Part shown: piece after piece, positions 1 through 11,924 of the stretch
Numbering within the stretch: position 1 is the first letter of the stretch
Layout of the letters: each line of letters opens with the position of its first letter
Assembly: GCF_004010195.1 (NCBI RefSeq)
Contig: NC_057720.1
Coordinates: 19,095,601-19,159,600 of the forward strand
Reading direction: 5' to 3'
Length of the DNA: 64,000 bases
Origin: Chiloscyllium plagiosum
Taxonomy: Eukaryota
The notes under the pieces: generated by a model
Told to the model about the DNA's origin: nothing
Database searches by the model: none
What the model saw: only the letters and a program-made list of their open reading frames with translations
Program-made: the position numbers and the translations under genes

Positions 1-417
1 TATGTTTTATTTTGATCAAAAACTGCAAGAATTAATGTAAGATTCTGTAAGTCCCACTTTATAAATAGAACCAGTCTGACTCAACATTGGAACACCGACA
101 AACTTTCACCTCAGATCTTTAATACATTGTCTAAGCTGAAATGGCACCTATTGTTAGAAAAGCTGAAGCTATCTTGAGAATGTAACTTAAAAGGAGTTCT
201 GGGTTGACATATTAAAGAATGAAGTGAGCATATCCCATTCTAAAAGATGAAAGACTTACCTAAATTTGTTTAATATATCATTACAGCTCCATGAAACTGT
301 AACCCTTTTGCTATAAATTTGTCTTATGGTCCTATTCCATAACCACCTGATGAAGAGGTAGTGCTCCGAAAGCTAATGCTTCCAAATAAACCTGGTGTTG
401 TGTGATTTTTAACTTTT
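1..417 (+). mobile_element. PLE-derived terminus, family B, with hammerhead motif at about 344-378
   Basis: CAC-CTGATGA-AGAGGTAGTGCTCC-GAAAGCTA-ATG..CCAAATAAACCTGGTGTTGTGTGATTTTTAACTTT; upstream part homologous to 63640-63782. 5' boundary not visible. Confidence 0.7.
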
Positions 418-2132
418 TCTTTGAAGTTTCTTTGACGCCTTGTCAGGTGTGACATTCCAGGTTCTGTCTCCAGACAGCTACGGAATTGACAAACACAATC
501 ATTTTGGCTGCATTTGCCCTCCTTAAATCACGTAATGGAATTAAAAATTCAACAAGTCCATTGATGATCCAGAGTTATGAGCTGTCATTATAGTAGTGCA
601 TTCTTCAAGTTAATAATTTAAATTCTCCTCTTCGTGCCCCAATTGAACTGCCTTCACCATACGTTTTCAGACAGTGATTCTCGATTCTAGGTGTTGTGTT
701 GCTTTTTTTTTGGTCAGATACCTTAAATTTGTGCTCTCTACTTCTTCTTTCTTCCATAAATGGGAACATTTCTACCTATCTACTCTGTCCAAACTCCATG
801 TGATTTTAAATACCTCAATTAAATTTTCTCCTAAACTTCTCCAAAAAGAAGTCTCAACAACTTCAATCTGTTTCTGAAACTGATGTTTCTCATCACTGGA
901 ACCATTTGTATCAGATTTTTAAATCCTTCCAAAGTGTGCTGTTTAGAAATGGGCACAATATTCTAATTGAGGCTGAACCAGTTTTTTTCTACAGTGTTAA
1001 CATCATATGTACTGGTGTAGAAGTGTGGTTTCTAATGAATTTTCAGCCAAAAAGTAGGGGATTGAGTTTTATGTGAGTAACATTTTGGAAGGGTTCAAAT
1101 TCATTTCTCCTTTCATAGAGTTACCAGCTTGAAGCTTGTGTGTTTGTTTGTGCCAATCCTCCTTCCTTAAGCGGCACAAAAGAACCTAAGGTATGTGCAT
1201 AGATACTAGGAACAGAACAGCTCATTCAGTGATGTGCTATTCTATGGTCGTAAAAAATAGGTGAAATTAACAAACATATGTTCAAAGGGTTTTGTTTTGT
1301 GTTGGCTCAAAATTTGGGTTTGAATATTTTGGCCAAAGGTGAGGGGTTGACCTTTGCATGAGATTGACCATTTTCTTAAAAATAGACAGCAATGTCCATG
1401 CTTTTGTAACCTGCATTCTTATTGATTAGAGTCGAGACGGCTGTGTGCTTTCTTAACCTTGTTCTCCATCTATCCTGTCATCTTCAGTACTTTGTATACA
1501 TGTAGACTCAGGCTCCTTTGCTCCTTTTTTAGAATTGGTTCTTTTTATTTCACCTCTTCTGAATTCTTCCTACCAAAATACATCACTTTGCACTTCTGTG
1601 CATTGAATTTAATCTCCAATCTGTTTGTCCTTCAAATTTGTAGATCACTCTTAGAGTTCACAATAGTTTTGTATCCTCTGCACATTTTAAAATGTTGCTG
1701 CCTTCACCATAGTCTATATCCTGACTATTTATTTATGTATGCCTATCTCCGGAAGATTGGGGTACTAATGTGCTCCAAACTGATAAACAACTGTTCACTA
1801 CTTCTCTTTCCTGTTGCTCATCTAATTTTATATCCATGTTGCTGCTGTCCTTTTGTTCCATGAATTCTAACTTTTCTCTGAAGTCTGTTGTACACCACTG
1901 TATCAGAGAACTTTTGGGAGTCTAGTCACACCGCATCAACAACAGTTTCCTCAACAACTTTGTTAGCTCTTCAAAAACATCCAGATTAGTTGAAAATTAT
2001 TTTCACTTAAGAATATCCATGCTGGCTTTCCTTAATTAATGCACATTTACCCAAGTCACAATGAATTTTATCCTGAATTATTATTTCTATAAACCTCACC
2101 AGCACTTGAAGGTAAGCAGATTGGCATGTAGT

Positions 2133-2737
2133 TATAGACTCATACAGCATGGAAAGAGACCCTTCGGTCCAACCAGTCCATGCCAGACATAATCCCAAAC
2201 TAGACCCACCTGCTTGCTCCTGGCCCATATCCCTCCAAACCTTTCCTATTCATGTACTTATCTGAATGTATTTTAAATGTTGTAATTGTACCTACTTCCA
2301 CCACTCCCTCAAAGTTTATTCCACACAAGATCCACCTTCTGTGTAAAAAACAAAATAAAAATTGCCCATGTCTTTTTAAAATCTCTCCCCTCTCTCACCT
2401 TTTAAAATTGTGCCCCCACTCTCAAAATCCCCCATCCTAGGGAAAAAACACCTACCCTACAAGTAAATGATATGTGGAACTTGTTGTAAATGATATGTGG
2501 AACTTGTTGTAAATGATATGTGGAACTTGTTCAAGGGCGCTGTATTCTTCTATGTTCTATGTTCTATGTTCTACCTTTAACTCTACCTAAACCCCTCATG
2601 ATTTTATAAACTTCAATAAGGTCACCTCTCAACCTCCGTGCTCCAGTGGAAAAAAGTCCCAGCCTTTTTTTTATAACCCAACTTGACAACATCCTGATAA
2701 ATCTCTTCTGAATCCTCTTCAGTTTAATAATATCCAT
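2133..2737 (-). mobile_element. CR1 3' end with a small internal insertion
   Basis: ATAGACTCATACAGCATGGAAAGAGACCC tail complement; RRLRGDLIEVYKIMRG. Confidence 0.8.
2463..2531 (+). repeat. Perfect tandem repeat, 3 x 23 bp (GTAAATGATATGTGGAACTTGTT)
   Basis: Units at 2463, 2486 and 2509; followed by a CR1-type (CTATGTT)n tail. Confidence 0.95.
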
Positions 2738-3576
2738 GGGGTGTAACATTTGCAATTTTCCAGTTCAATGACATCCTGAATCCAAAGATGATCGGAAAAT
2801 TCTAACCAGTGCCTCTGAAATTTCCTTTTTGCTCTTTTGATGTATCTCATCTGGTCCTGGTACCATATTTGCCTTTGAGTATTGACAGCCAATCTGGTGC
2901 CACCACCTTACCAAATTTTAAATCCTTCAAGTGTCTGCCTCCTCTTTCGCCATGATTTGCACAAAATCTTTCTTGGTAAAGACATATAGAAGGCACTTAT
3001 TTAAAGTGTCAGTCATCCTCTTTTTGGTCTCTAATCAACCTCACTTCTTCATTTTACTATTTTTATTTTATTATTTATTTTCCTGCAGAAGACTCTCTTT
3101 TCATAGTGTCTCTATTCTCTTATTTGTTTTTTCAACTCCTTTCCGAATCCTCCATATTCAGCCTTGTTCTGTGTTGTATTATCTACGTGGCATCTATTCA
3201 AGATATTTCATTTTATTCCCTATATGTTGTAACCTAGGGAACTCTGGATTTATTTGCCCGGTCTTTCCCCTTCATGGGACTACTCAATTGTGTCTGAAAC
3301 TCCTCTTTTTGAAAGGCAGCCCATTGTTCAATTACAGTCTTGCTAGCTAATTGTTTGATTCCAATTTCTCTTGGTCAAATCTATCCTTACTCCAAGAAGT
3401 TGACTTCTCTTTATTATTCTTGCTCTGGATTGTTCCTTTTGTCCTTTTTCCATAGGCAACCTAAACCTAAATAACAATGGTCACTGTCCCCTACATATTC
3501 TTCCACTGACACTTGATCTGTTGGCCTAACTTATTCTCAAGTATCACGTCTTGCAATGTCTCCTTTCTTATTGGGC

Positions 3577-4192
3577 CATAAGGTATGAATTAGAGGGGGT
3601 CATTTCAGAACAGAAATGCGGAGACATTTCTTCAGCCAGAGAGTGGTGGGCCTGTGGAATTCATTGCCACGGAGTGCAGTGGAAGCCGGGACGCTAAATG
3701 TCTTCAAGGCCGAGATTGATAGATTCTTGTTGTCTCGAGGAATTAAGGGCTACGGGGAGAACGCTGGTAAGTGGAGCTGAAATGCGCATCAGCCATGATT
3801 GAATGGCGGAGTGGACTTGATGGGCCGAATGGCCTTACTTCCACTCCTATGTCTTATGGTCTTATGGTATTCAAGCAGAAATGAGCCATTCAGTCTGCTT
3901 TATTATTCAATGAAATTATGGCTGATCCCCACTCTCAGTGTCCACTCAGACGGATGGCCATAGTACAGTACTATTTTGAAGAAGAGCAGGAGAGTCCACT
4001 TCCATCGAGTGCATGTATGGAATGAGTGGAAGTGGTGGAGGCTGCTACAATTACAACATTTAAAAGGCATCTGGGTGGGTATATGAATAGGAAGGGTTTA
4101 GAGGAATATGGGCCAAGTGCTGGCAAATGGGACGAGATTAGGTTAAAATATCTGGATGGCATGGACGAGCTATACGTTTCTATGACTCCATG
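3577..4192 (+). mobile_element. Two short CR1 3' ends (about 3577-3868 and 4007-4192)
   Basis: FFSQRVVGLWNSLP-type DNA with (TCTTATGG)n tail; second copy with CTATGACTC tail. Confidence 0.75.
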
Positions 4193-5744
4193 ATTATTTA
4201 TCCCTCTTTCGATACCTTTTTAAAATATTTATTCATGGGTTGACGGTGTTGCTGGCAAATGTTGCCTATCCTTAATTGCTCGGAGGACAGTTAAGAGTCA
4301 ATCACATTGCTGTGGGTCTGGAGTCACATGATGGCTAGACCAGGTAAGGCCAGCAGATTTCCTTCCTTTTAAAAGACGTTAATGGACCAGATGGGTTTTT
4401 TCCAACAACTAACAATGGATTCATAAATTCTTAATTCTATCGTTAGACTCTTAATTCCAGATTTTCATTGAATTCAAATCCCACCATTTGTCCTGGTGGA
4501 ATTTGAACCAGGGACCCCAGAACGTTATCTGTGTCTCCAGATTAACAGTCCAGGGATATTGCAACCAGGTTGTTGCCTTCCTTGTAAAACTTTCTAGTTG
4601 TTATCACATTGCTGTTTGTGATATGTGCATTTTGGCTGCACCAATTCATGCATTCTAATTGTGACTACTCTTCAAGGCACTTCATGGATTGCAAAGCACT
4701 TTGAGACACTCTGGTTGTGAGGAATGCTTTATAACTGCACGTCTCTCTTGCTTAGCAATAGAGCCAGGCACTCACAGATGTGTCATAACCATGGTGCAGC
4801 TCCAGAAGTAAATGTAGTAAAATAACATTTATCCAGCCTTTCTAAAGTGGAAACCTATCTCTACCCCCTTGCTAAGATATCTCCTTTTGGCAGCTAACGT
4901 ATAAGCAGTAATAGGAAGCATTTTTACTTAGAGCAAAAGCATATTTCATTAAAACCAACATCAATTATCCATCGCAATTTTAGACCCATTATACATCATT
5001 GTGTTCTGTCATAATAAGGAATTCTGCAGAATTTATGCAGGAATACAAAAGCAATTCTGCTGAATATTCACAGCTGTTGATTGAGGTGATAGTGGTGGGC
5101 AGGATGCTTTTTAGACTGCTTATCTTATTTATTGATAAGCAATTTTTGTGAGGCTTGTAAGGTAAAAGCATATCTGAGCTTCTAGTTGAATCAGTAATTT
5201 AGATTTGTCAGTTAATGACTTAGCAGTTTGCGGTTGTAATTTTCTTTGTATGAGGTCTGTGGGGATGATTGAGGTCCATGTGGAAAATGATACATACAGT
5301 TTGGTGAGTTGCATTTTGATATTTGGATGTCAGGAATGGGAGTAGAAATAGATCATTCAACCTATTGAGCTTACTTTGCCATTCAAAAGGTTTATGACTG
5401 ATCAACTATCTCCATATCCCTTGATTTTGTGAATACTCGATGATTAAGCCTCCACATCCCTCTAAGGGAAAGAATTCCAAAGATTAATTGCCTTCTAATT
5501 GAAGAAATTCCTGTTCATATCTGTCTTCAATGGCCTGTTTCTATTTGTGCATTGGTTCTAGATTCTCAGGCTAGGTGAAGCATGCTGTATGATTTTGTAA
5601 GTTTCAAAGCAATCATCTCTCATTCTTAGAAATTCTAGAGCAACCTGTCCAACCTTTCCACAGGGCAGGAGAGGGGGCCTCAATTATTTTCCTTTGGGTG
5701 AGTGTTTGATGGGAGTGGAGCTGGAAATTCTGAAATGCCCTAGA

Positions 5745-6732
5745 GACTGATTACTAAACTTAGTGATCTCAGACTAAACCCCACTTTCTGCAATAGGATC
5801 CTCAGTTTCCTGACCCACAGGCCACAATCTGTGAAGGTGGGGACAATATTTCATCCTGTATACCCATGACTGCGTTGCCAAATACAGGACCAATGCCATT
5901 TGCAAGTTTGCTGATGACATCACCATAGTCTGTCGAATCTCAAATGGCAACGAAACAGACTACAGACGGGAGGTGGAAAACCTGGAAAAATAGTGCACTA
6001 AGAACAGCCTAACTCTCAATGCCAGCAAAACCAAGGAACTCCTTATTGGCTTTTGGTGGGATGTTACTCATGCTCCCCTTACACGTTAACAGCACAGAGG
6101 TGGAACAAGTGGAGATTGTCAAGCTCCTGGGCGTAATAAGCTTTCTTGGACTCTTCATGTGGACGCACTGGTTACAAAGGCCCAACAATGTCTCCTCTTC
6201 CTCAGGCAGTTGAGAAAATTTGGCATGATGGCGAATACCCTTGCTGACTTTTATAGGTGTGCCATTGAGAGCATTCTGTCAGGATATATCACTACCTGGT
6301 ATGGCAACTGTACCATTCAAGATCGGAGACGGTTACAGAGTGGTGAACTCGGCCTGGACAATCCCAAAGGCCAACCTCCGTTCTATAGAATCCATCTACT
6401 ATGCCTGCTGTCAAGGAAATGCTGCCAGCATTATCAAAAATCCATTCTACCCTGGTAATGCTTTTCTACAACCTCTACCATCGGGGAGAAGGAACAGAAG
6501 CCTGAACGCATGCACCAGCTGGCTTTGTAACAGTTTCTACCCTACTGTTGTTGGAATACTGAATGGATTCACAAACTCTTAACATTTGCCTGTACCTGTG
6601 TTTTTGTTTTTGCTGTTGTTTACCTATTATTTGCTTATCTATGCTACTTAACTCTGTGATCTGCCTGTATTGCTCGCAAGACAAAGCTTTTCAATGTGCC
6701 TTGGTTCACGTGACAATAAATTCAAATCAATT
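5745..6732 (+). mobile_element. Rex1/Babar LINE, second shorter copy with internal deletion
   Basis: Clearly homologous to about 36915-38110 (KAQQCLLFLRQLRKFG, CAIESILSGYITTWYGNC; same 3' UTR). Confidence 0.85.
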
Positions 6733-6754
6733 AAGCATTCTATTCATATCCACT

Positions 6755-6837
6755 GAAAAATGTGTTGCTGGAAAAGCGCAGCAGGTCAGGCAGCATCCAA
6801 GGAGCAGGAGGATCGACGTTTCGGGCATAAGCCCTTC
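6755..6837 (-). mobile_element. Solo PLE terminus (family A, tail-less)
   Basis: Direct repeat TTCATATCCACT (6743-6754 / 6838-6849); GACGTTTCGGGCATAAGCCCTTCTTCA. Confidence 0.82.
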
Positions 6838-7026
6838 TTCATATCCACTATGTTATGCTCTGTGGATTTTGTAAGTTTCAAAGCAATCATCTCTCATTCT
6901 TAGAAATTCTAGAGCAGACTTGTCCAACCTCTCCACTGGGCTGGAGAGGGGGCCCAAAGTTTGAGAAGATTTGTAGCTCGGGTGCTCGTTGTTATGGTTC
7001 TGTTCACCGAGCTGGGAATTTCTGTT

Positions 7027-7066
7027 GCAGACGTTTCATCCCCTGTCTAGGTGACCTCCTCAGTGC
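7027..7066 (-). ncRNA. Minimal hammerhead ribozyme motif, family C, within a ~155-bp insert (6956-7110)
   Basis: Minus strand GCA-CUGAGGA-G-GUCACCU(AGAC)AGGGGAU-GAA-ACGU-C/UGC: stem I GCA/UGC, intact core, long stem II, palindromic stem III. Confidence 0.68.
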
Positions 7067-10000
7067 TTGGGAGCCTCCTGTGAAGCGCTTCTGTGTTGTT
7101 TCCTCCGGCATTGATTAGTTTTCCTTAGGGTGAATGTTTAATGGGGGTGAACCTGGAAATGCTGAAATTTAATAAGATCCTTATCTTTTTTAAAACTCAA
7201 ATTTGCCACTTTTAGCTGTCTGATTTACAGGCTCTTTGGATGGTGGGCGGCTGTACAAGGGCACAAATGGACTAGCAATCTGAAAACATTAGTGGGATGT
7301 ATTTAACTAGCTGTGGATGTATAATTGATCAAAGCAGAGTCTTTGCTTGAGGGATTGCCTACTCCTGGACTGTAAACTGTTACCTGTTGAAGTTTTCAGT
7401 TCCTTTTAATGTCAGTTTCCTGAACTAGTGGCATGTGGATTTTCCTCTGTTTGTATTAGGAACTTTAATTATTAAACTTTTCAATATTTCTGGAAGTGAG
7501 AGAGTGTTCCAGGAATGTTTATGGGAATTTTGTTTGCATTGGGAGAGTTTTATTAGTGGACAGAGTAAATATTGAAGAGTATTAGCCAGATTTCAGTTAT
7601 AAGATCGCTTTTTTTTGCTTTGGGGACACATCTGTAGCTTGGAAAATGTTTGGCTTTAGTTTGCAAATATCCTGGTTGAGATTAGATTTGTGAAACAGTT
7701 CTTCTGGAGCAAGGAGTTAATTCAGAAAAGTGAGAAATAGGTTATCTCAGTGTAAGGTTTTAGTTTGAAAATTCAGTCCAAAAGTATTTGGTTAGGATCC
7801 TGAAGGGATTATTTGAAACTGACTGTGTTGTATGAATAATACTCAAACAAGTGACTATCAGGTACTTAAGATGGGGAATTGAAAGTAACAGTTAAGTCAA
7901 ATGTATAGATGTGATAGAGAATGGAGTTCATTCTGGTACTTGAACAATGAAAGTTGTGCTAATGCAATAACATTTTTATTGTTTCAAAATTTTTTAAAAG
8001 CTGTGTTATGTGAAAATAATTAGTTTTGTTCTTAAAACCCAATTTATAGCATTGCATGCTTGTTTCAGTGTAGGACCATCTATATTTAAAAGTATGATCT
8101 ATATGACACTCTCCTGATGCTGCCCAATTCTATCATTTGCTTGAGCCAAAAGAACATGTCACAGTGTCTTAACACATGGACCTCTGTTGGAAAATGCAAC
8201 TAGTTGCCCCTGATAACAAAGACTTTTTGCTCAAATTCTTGCATGATTCTCCCAGATTTCTCATTGTAGCTCTTTTCGTTCAGGACCCTATAAGGTTTGG
8301 TCATTGCTGTTTTGTCCAGTAGTGTAAGAAAAATAATATAATGGACATTTGGGAAATAACTACATCAAAATATTTCAAATAATTTATTATTTTTGATAGT
8401 TTAACTGTTTATATTTTTACAGAAATTTTAATTTATTTCTGACCCAAGTATAAAAGTCTGAAAATGGGTGAATCACTCTGAATTGACAAACTGGCTTCAT
8501 TCTGTAACCAAGACTCTTTCTGACAGTATTCAAACTCTGCATGGAGCATTTGAAATGGTTCATTAGTAAAAGACTTTTAAAGGGAGCCTATAAATCTGTT
8601 CACTTGAATATGTTAAATGAGTGTCAGGATCCTATTCCAGATTTTTTTGCAGAAACTTTATGTTGGCAGTAGACCAAGACAGTAGAATTGGAATCTACTG
8701 GACAATGGTGGTATTGTTCTCCTGCTTCTCTAAAAGATTAATTCTTTTATTTTCTTTTGTCCCTTGGGTTCTGACCAAATGTATTTTAAGGGGCAGAGGT
8801 TACAGGCTAGTTCAAAATAATTCAAGTAATTATGTTTTATCTAATTTTCTGTATGGTCCAGCTGCTTGCATACAACAATTTTTAAAATGAGGAAGAAAAA
8901 TCTAAGGCTGAGTCATTGTGGGATCCTTCTCTGTACTTCCTTGTGGCTAGTCATGGTGAGTTCCTGACAAATTCAGTTTAAAAAGAAAACACTCCCCAAG
9001 TTTTTGTACTTTGGTTTAAAAACAATTTGTTTGTAATAATGACAACATAAACTTTGTATGTTTTAAAATCCCCCATTACAGTCAAATACACAAAGTCAAA
9101 AAAAAACATATCAGGGAAATACCATTCGGTAGTACCAGGCAGGACCACGGTTTGATAATTTGCTTTCTGTCTCTTTTCAATTTCTTTTTAAATCGTTGCT
9201 GTTGACAAAAGTTTATTTGTATGATGATACTTTCTCATTCACTGGTTGAGAATTCATCCTCTCCTTGTTTTTGAAGACATTTTATTCCTCCCATAATGCG
9301 ATATGCAAAGAAAATTGAGTGGAAGAATGCTAGCTAACACTGCTGACTTTCTAACATCTCTGTACAGAAGAGAGAGACCAAGAGATTTTATTTTGATGTT
9401 TTCACTTTGCAGGCTAGGTAGTTCTCTGCTCCATTGACCTAATACAAGCCATGGTCTGTTGGCCAGTTGCCAATAAGAAAATTGTTGTCAAGCAGTTCTC
9501 ATTTAGTTTAGAACCCACCGGCTACGTGATGTTTGCTTCTGCTTTCACTGATCCACGAAAAATCCAACATTGCATACAACTGTCAACGTGCTCCCGTAAA
9601 CATTATTTTTAGAATTGCAGCCTTCTCTAGATTTTGTTTTGTCAAAGAGAAGGCTCACTGGACCTGAAACACTGACTCTGGTCTCTCCACAGACGTTCCT
9701 GAGTTTTTCTGGCAATTTCTGTTTTTGTCTCGGATTTCCATTATCTGCAGTTCTTTGTTTTATTTTGGCCGCATCTTTGCCCAGGTTCCTTGATTTAAAA
9801 CAGTATCTTTATTTTCATCTGCTGTCCAAAGATAAAATAAATAAAAAGGTACTGTACTTACAGTGTGCTTATTTTTCATTCCATTCCTTGGGCATGTGCT
9901 TGCCTCATTGTCTGCTCATATATCACCATGAGGTATTTGTCTTGGTAGTTTCCGTCAATGTTTGTTTGTTTGTTTGTTTGACATTGCCTTCGACTTTAAG

Positions 10001-10879
10001 GGATTAATTCATTGGATGTCCTAAATTGAGCTCATGCAGATCAGGAAATGAGCCACAAACTAGAGGTTTGTTGAAGTCATGGTAAATGAATGGCAGATTC
10101 AATTTAGCATTCGGTGCTTTCTGCTGCTTCTGTTCGTAGCTATTTCCACTGGACATGTGCTTTCATGGTATGTCCTGTACAATCCTCATCAACTAGTTCA
10201 TCTGCAATTGCTGTGATGTCCATCATCTAACCATGTCTCAGTCAACCCAACTTTCAGCTGCCCTCCACTTTGCCCTCAAAAAGATATATCTATCTTTTTA
10301 AACTGGTGATCAAATGGCTTAAATACTGATTTATTTCCTTTCCTGGGTGCCACCTTTTAGAGACATTTTGGTGTTGTAATTTCAAGCACCACTTCATTTG
10401 TCTTCTGGTCTGCATGTGGAATTTTGAGCATTGATCTGATCATCTATGTTTTAAAGTAATCATTTCTTCCATAGACTTTTACTTATTATCCAGATTTGAG
10501 GCATAGAAGAAAGTGGATAAAATGTAGCATCTAATGAGTTTTTCCCTCTTGATAAAAGTTTGTTTTCATGTTAATACATTCTTCATCTTCATAAAATTAC
10601 TTCCGCTGTCCCTATTGTTACAATGTGGTTAGAGACTAGCAATTTTTAAAAAGGAAACTAAATTTGAAATCCCAAGCAATAAGAGAATAAAACAAGATTC
10701 AATGCCATTGAAATAAACAAATATTTATTATTGTATAACAGTCAACAATGCAATCTATCAATTCTATATATCTTGTTGGTTCTGGATGTTAGAGTACAAG
10801 AAGAAACTATAACTTACAAAATAAAGTGAGGTTGAAAACACCACAAACTGCACATTTTGTGGCAGACACTTGATTGAAG

Positions 10880-11553
10880 ATTATTCAACACAAAGAAGCC
10901 AGAAAGTTGGGTTTAATGTATCTTTTTCAGTTTGGAAAGACGTAACTAAGGATCAGTCTTAGGGTTTCGGTTATTTACTGTCTATGTTAACGATTTGGAG
11001 GGGGAAAAGTGTAACACTAAAATTTGCTGATTTAAAAAAAAATTTGAAAGAGCATATTGTGAGGGGGACATAAGCAGTTTGCAAAGGGAAATAGACAAGT
11101 TGAACAAGTGGACAAAAACTTGGCAGATGGGAGCTTAATATAAGAAAATGTAGGTTGGTGGGAATAAACAAATGACAGATTGTTATTTAAGTGAAGAGAG
11201 ACTCAAAAAAAAAAAGTGTAACCTGGTGGGATCTGCATGTTGAGCATGAAGCACAAAAGGTTAACATGCTAGTGCAGCAAGTAATTAAGATGGCAAGTGG
11301 AATTTTGATCTTTTATCTCTGGGGTTAGAGTTTAAAAATAGTCCCGTTACAAGAGTACTGGGTGTTGTACTTTAAGTACTGCATACAGTTTTGGTCCCTG
11401 CATTTGCGAAAAAATATACTGACATACTACAAAAGATTTTCACAGGACTGATTCCTGGAATGAAGAATGGCAAAACCGGGTTAGGCTTTTATTCATTGAT
11501 ATTTAGAAGAATGTGGGTTGATCTTGTTAAAGTGTATGTGTGAGTTTGACAGG
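10880..11553 (+). mobile_element. Old degenerate CR1 RT/3' region; continues at about 14776-15075
   Basis: Degenerate KFAD, W..TWQM, YCIQFWSP-like DNA; the CR1 3' sequence resumes after the CR1/Gypsy composite. Confidence 0.65.
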
Positions 11554-11554
11554 T

Positions 11555-11881
11555 TAGAACATAGAACATAGAAAAAATACAGCGCAGTACAGGCCCTTTG
11601 GCCCTCGATGTTGTGCCGATCCAAGCCCACCTAACCTAACTAGCCTACTATCCTCCATATGCCTATCCAATGCCCATTTAAATGCCCATAAAGAGGGAGA
11701 GTCCACCACTGCTACTGGCAGGGCATTCCATGAACTCACGACTCGCTGAGTAAAGAATCTACCCCTAACATCTGTCCTATACCTATCACCCCTTAATTTA
11801 AAGCTATGTCCCCTCGTAATAGCTGACTCCATACGTGGAAAAAGGTTCTCACGGTCAACCCTATCTAAACCCCTAATCATC
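11555..11881 (-). mobile_element. CR1 3' end with (CTATGTT)n tail
   Basis: MIRGLDRVDRENLFP..TRGHSFKL..FFTQRVVSSWNALP. Confidence 0.85.
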
Positions 11882-11924
11882 ATGTGACATACATGTCAAA
11901 AATGTTGTAAGGACAGTATCAAAC

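Noticed and set aside
2463..2531. CRISPR-like 23-bp repeats
   Set aside because: No spacers, no cas genes, vertebrate context; a simple tandem repeat.
9960..10300. Minus-strand peptides faintly like TFDP/DP1 (ADELV, LNLPFI)
   Set aside because: Only short motifs in different frames with inconsistent spacing; not supportable without a TBLASTN hit.
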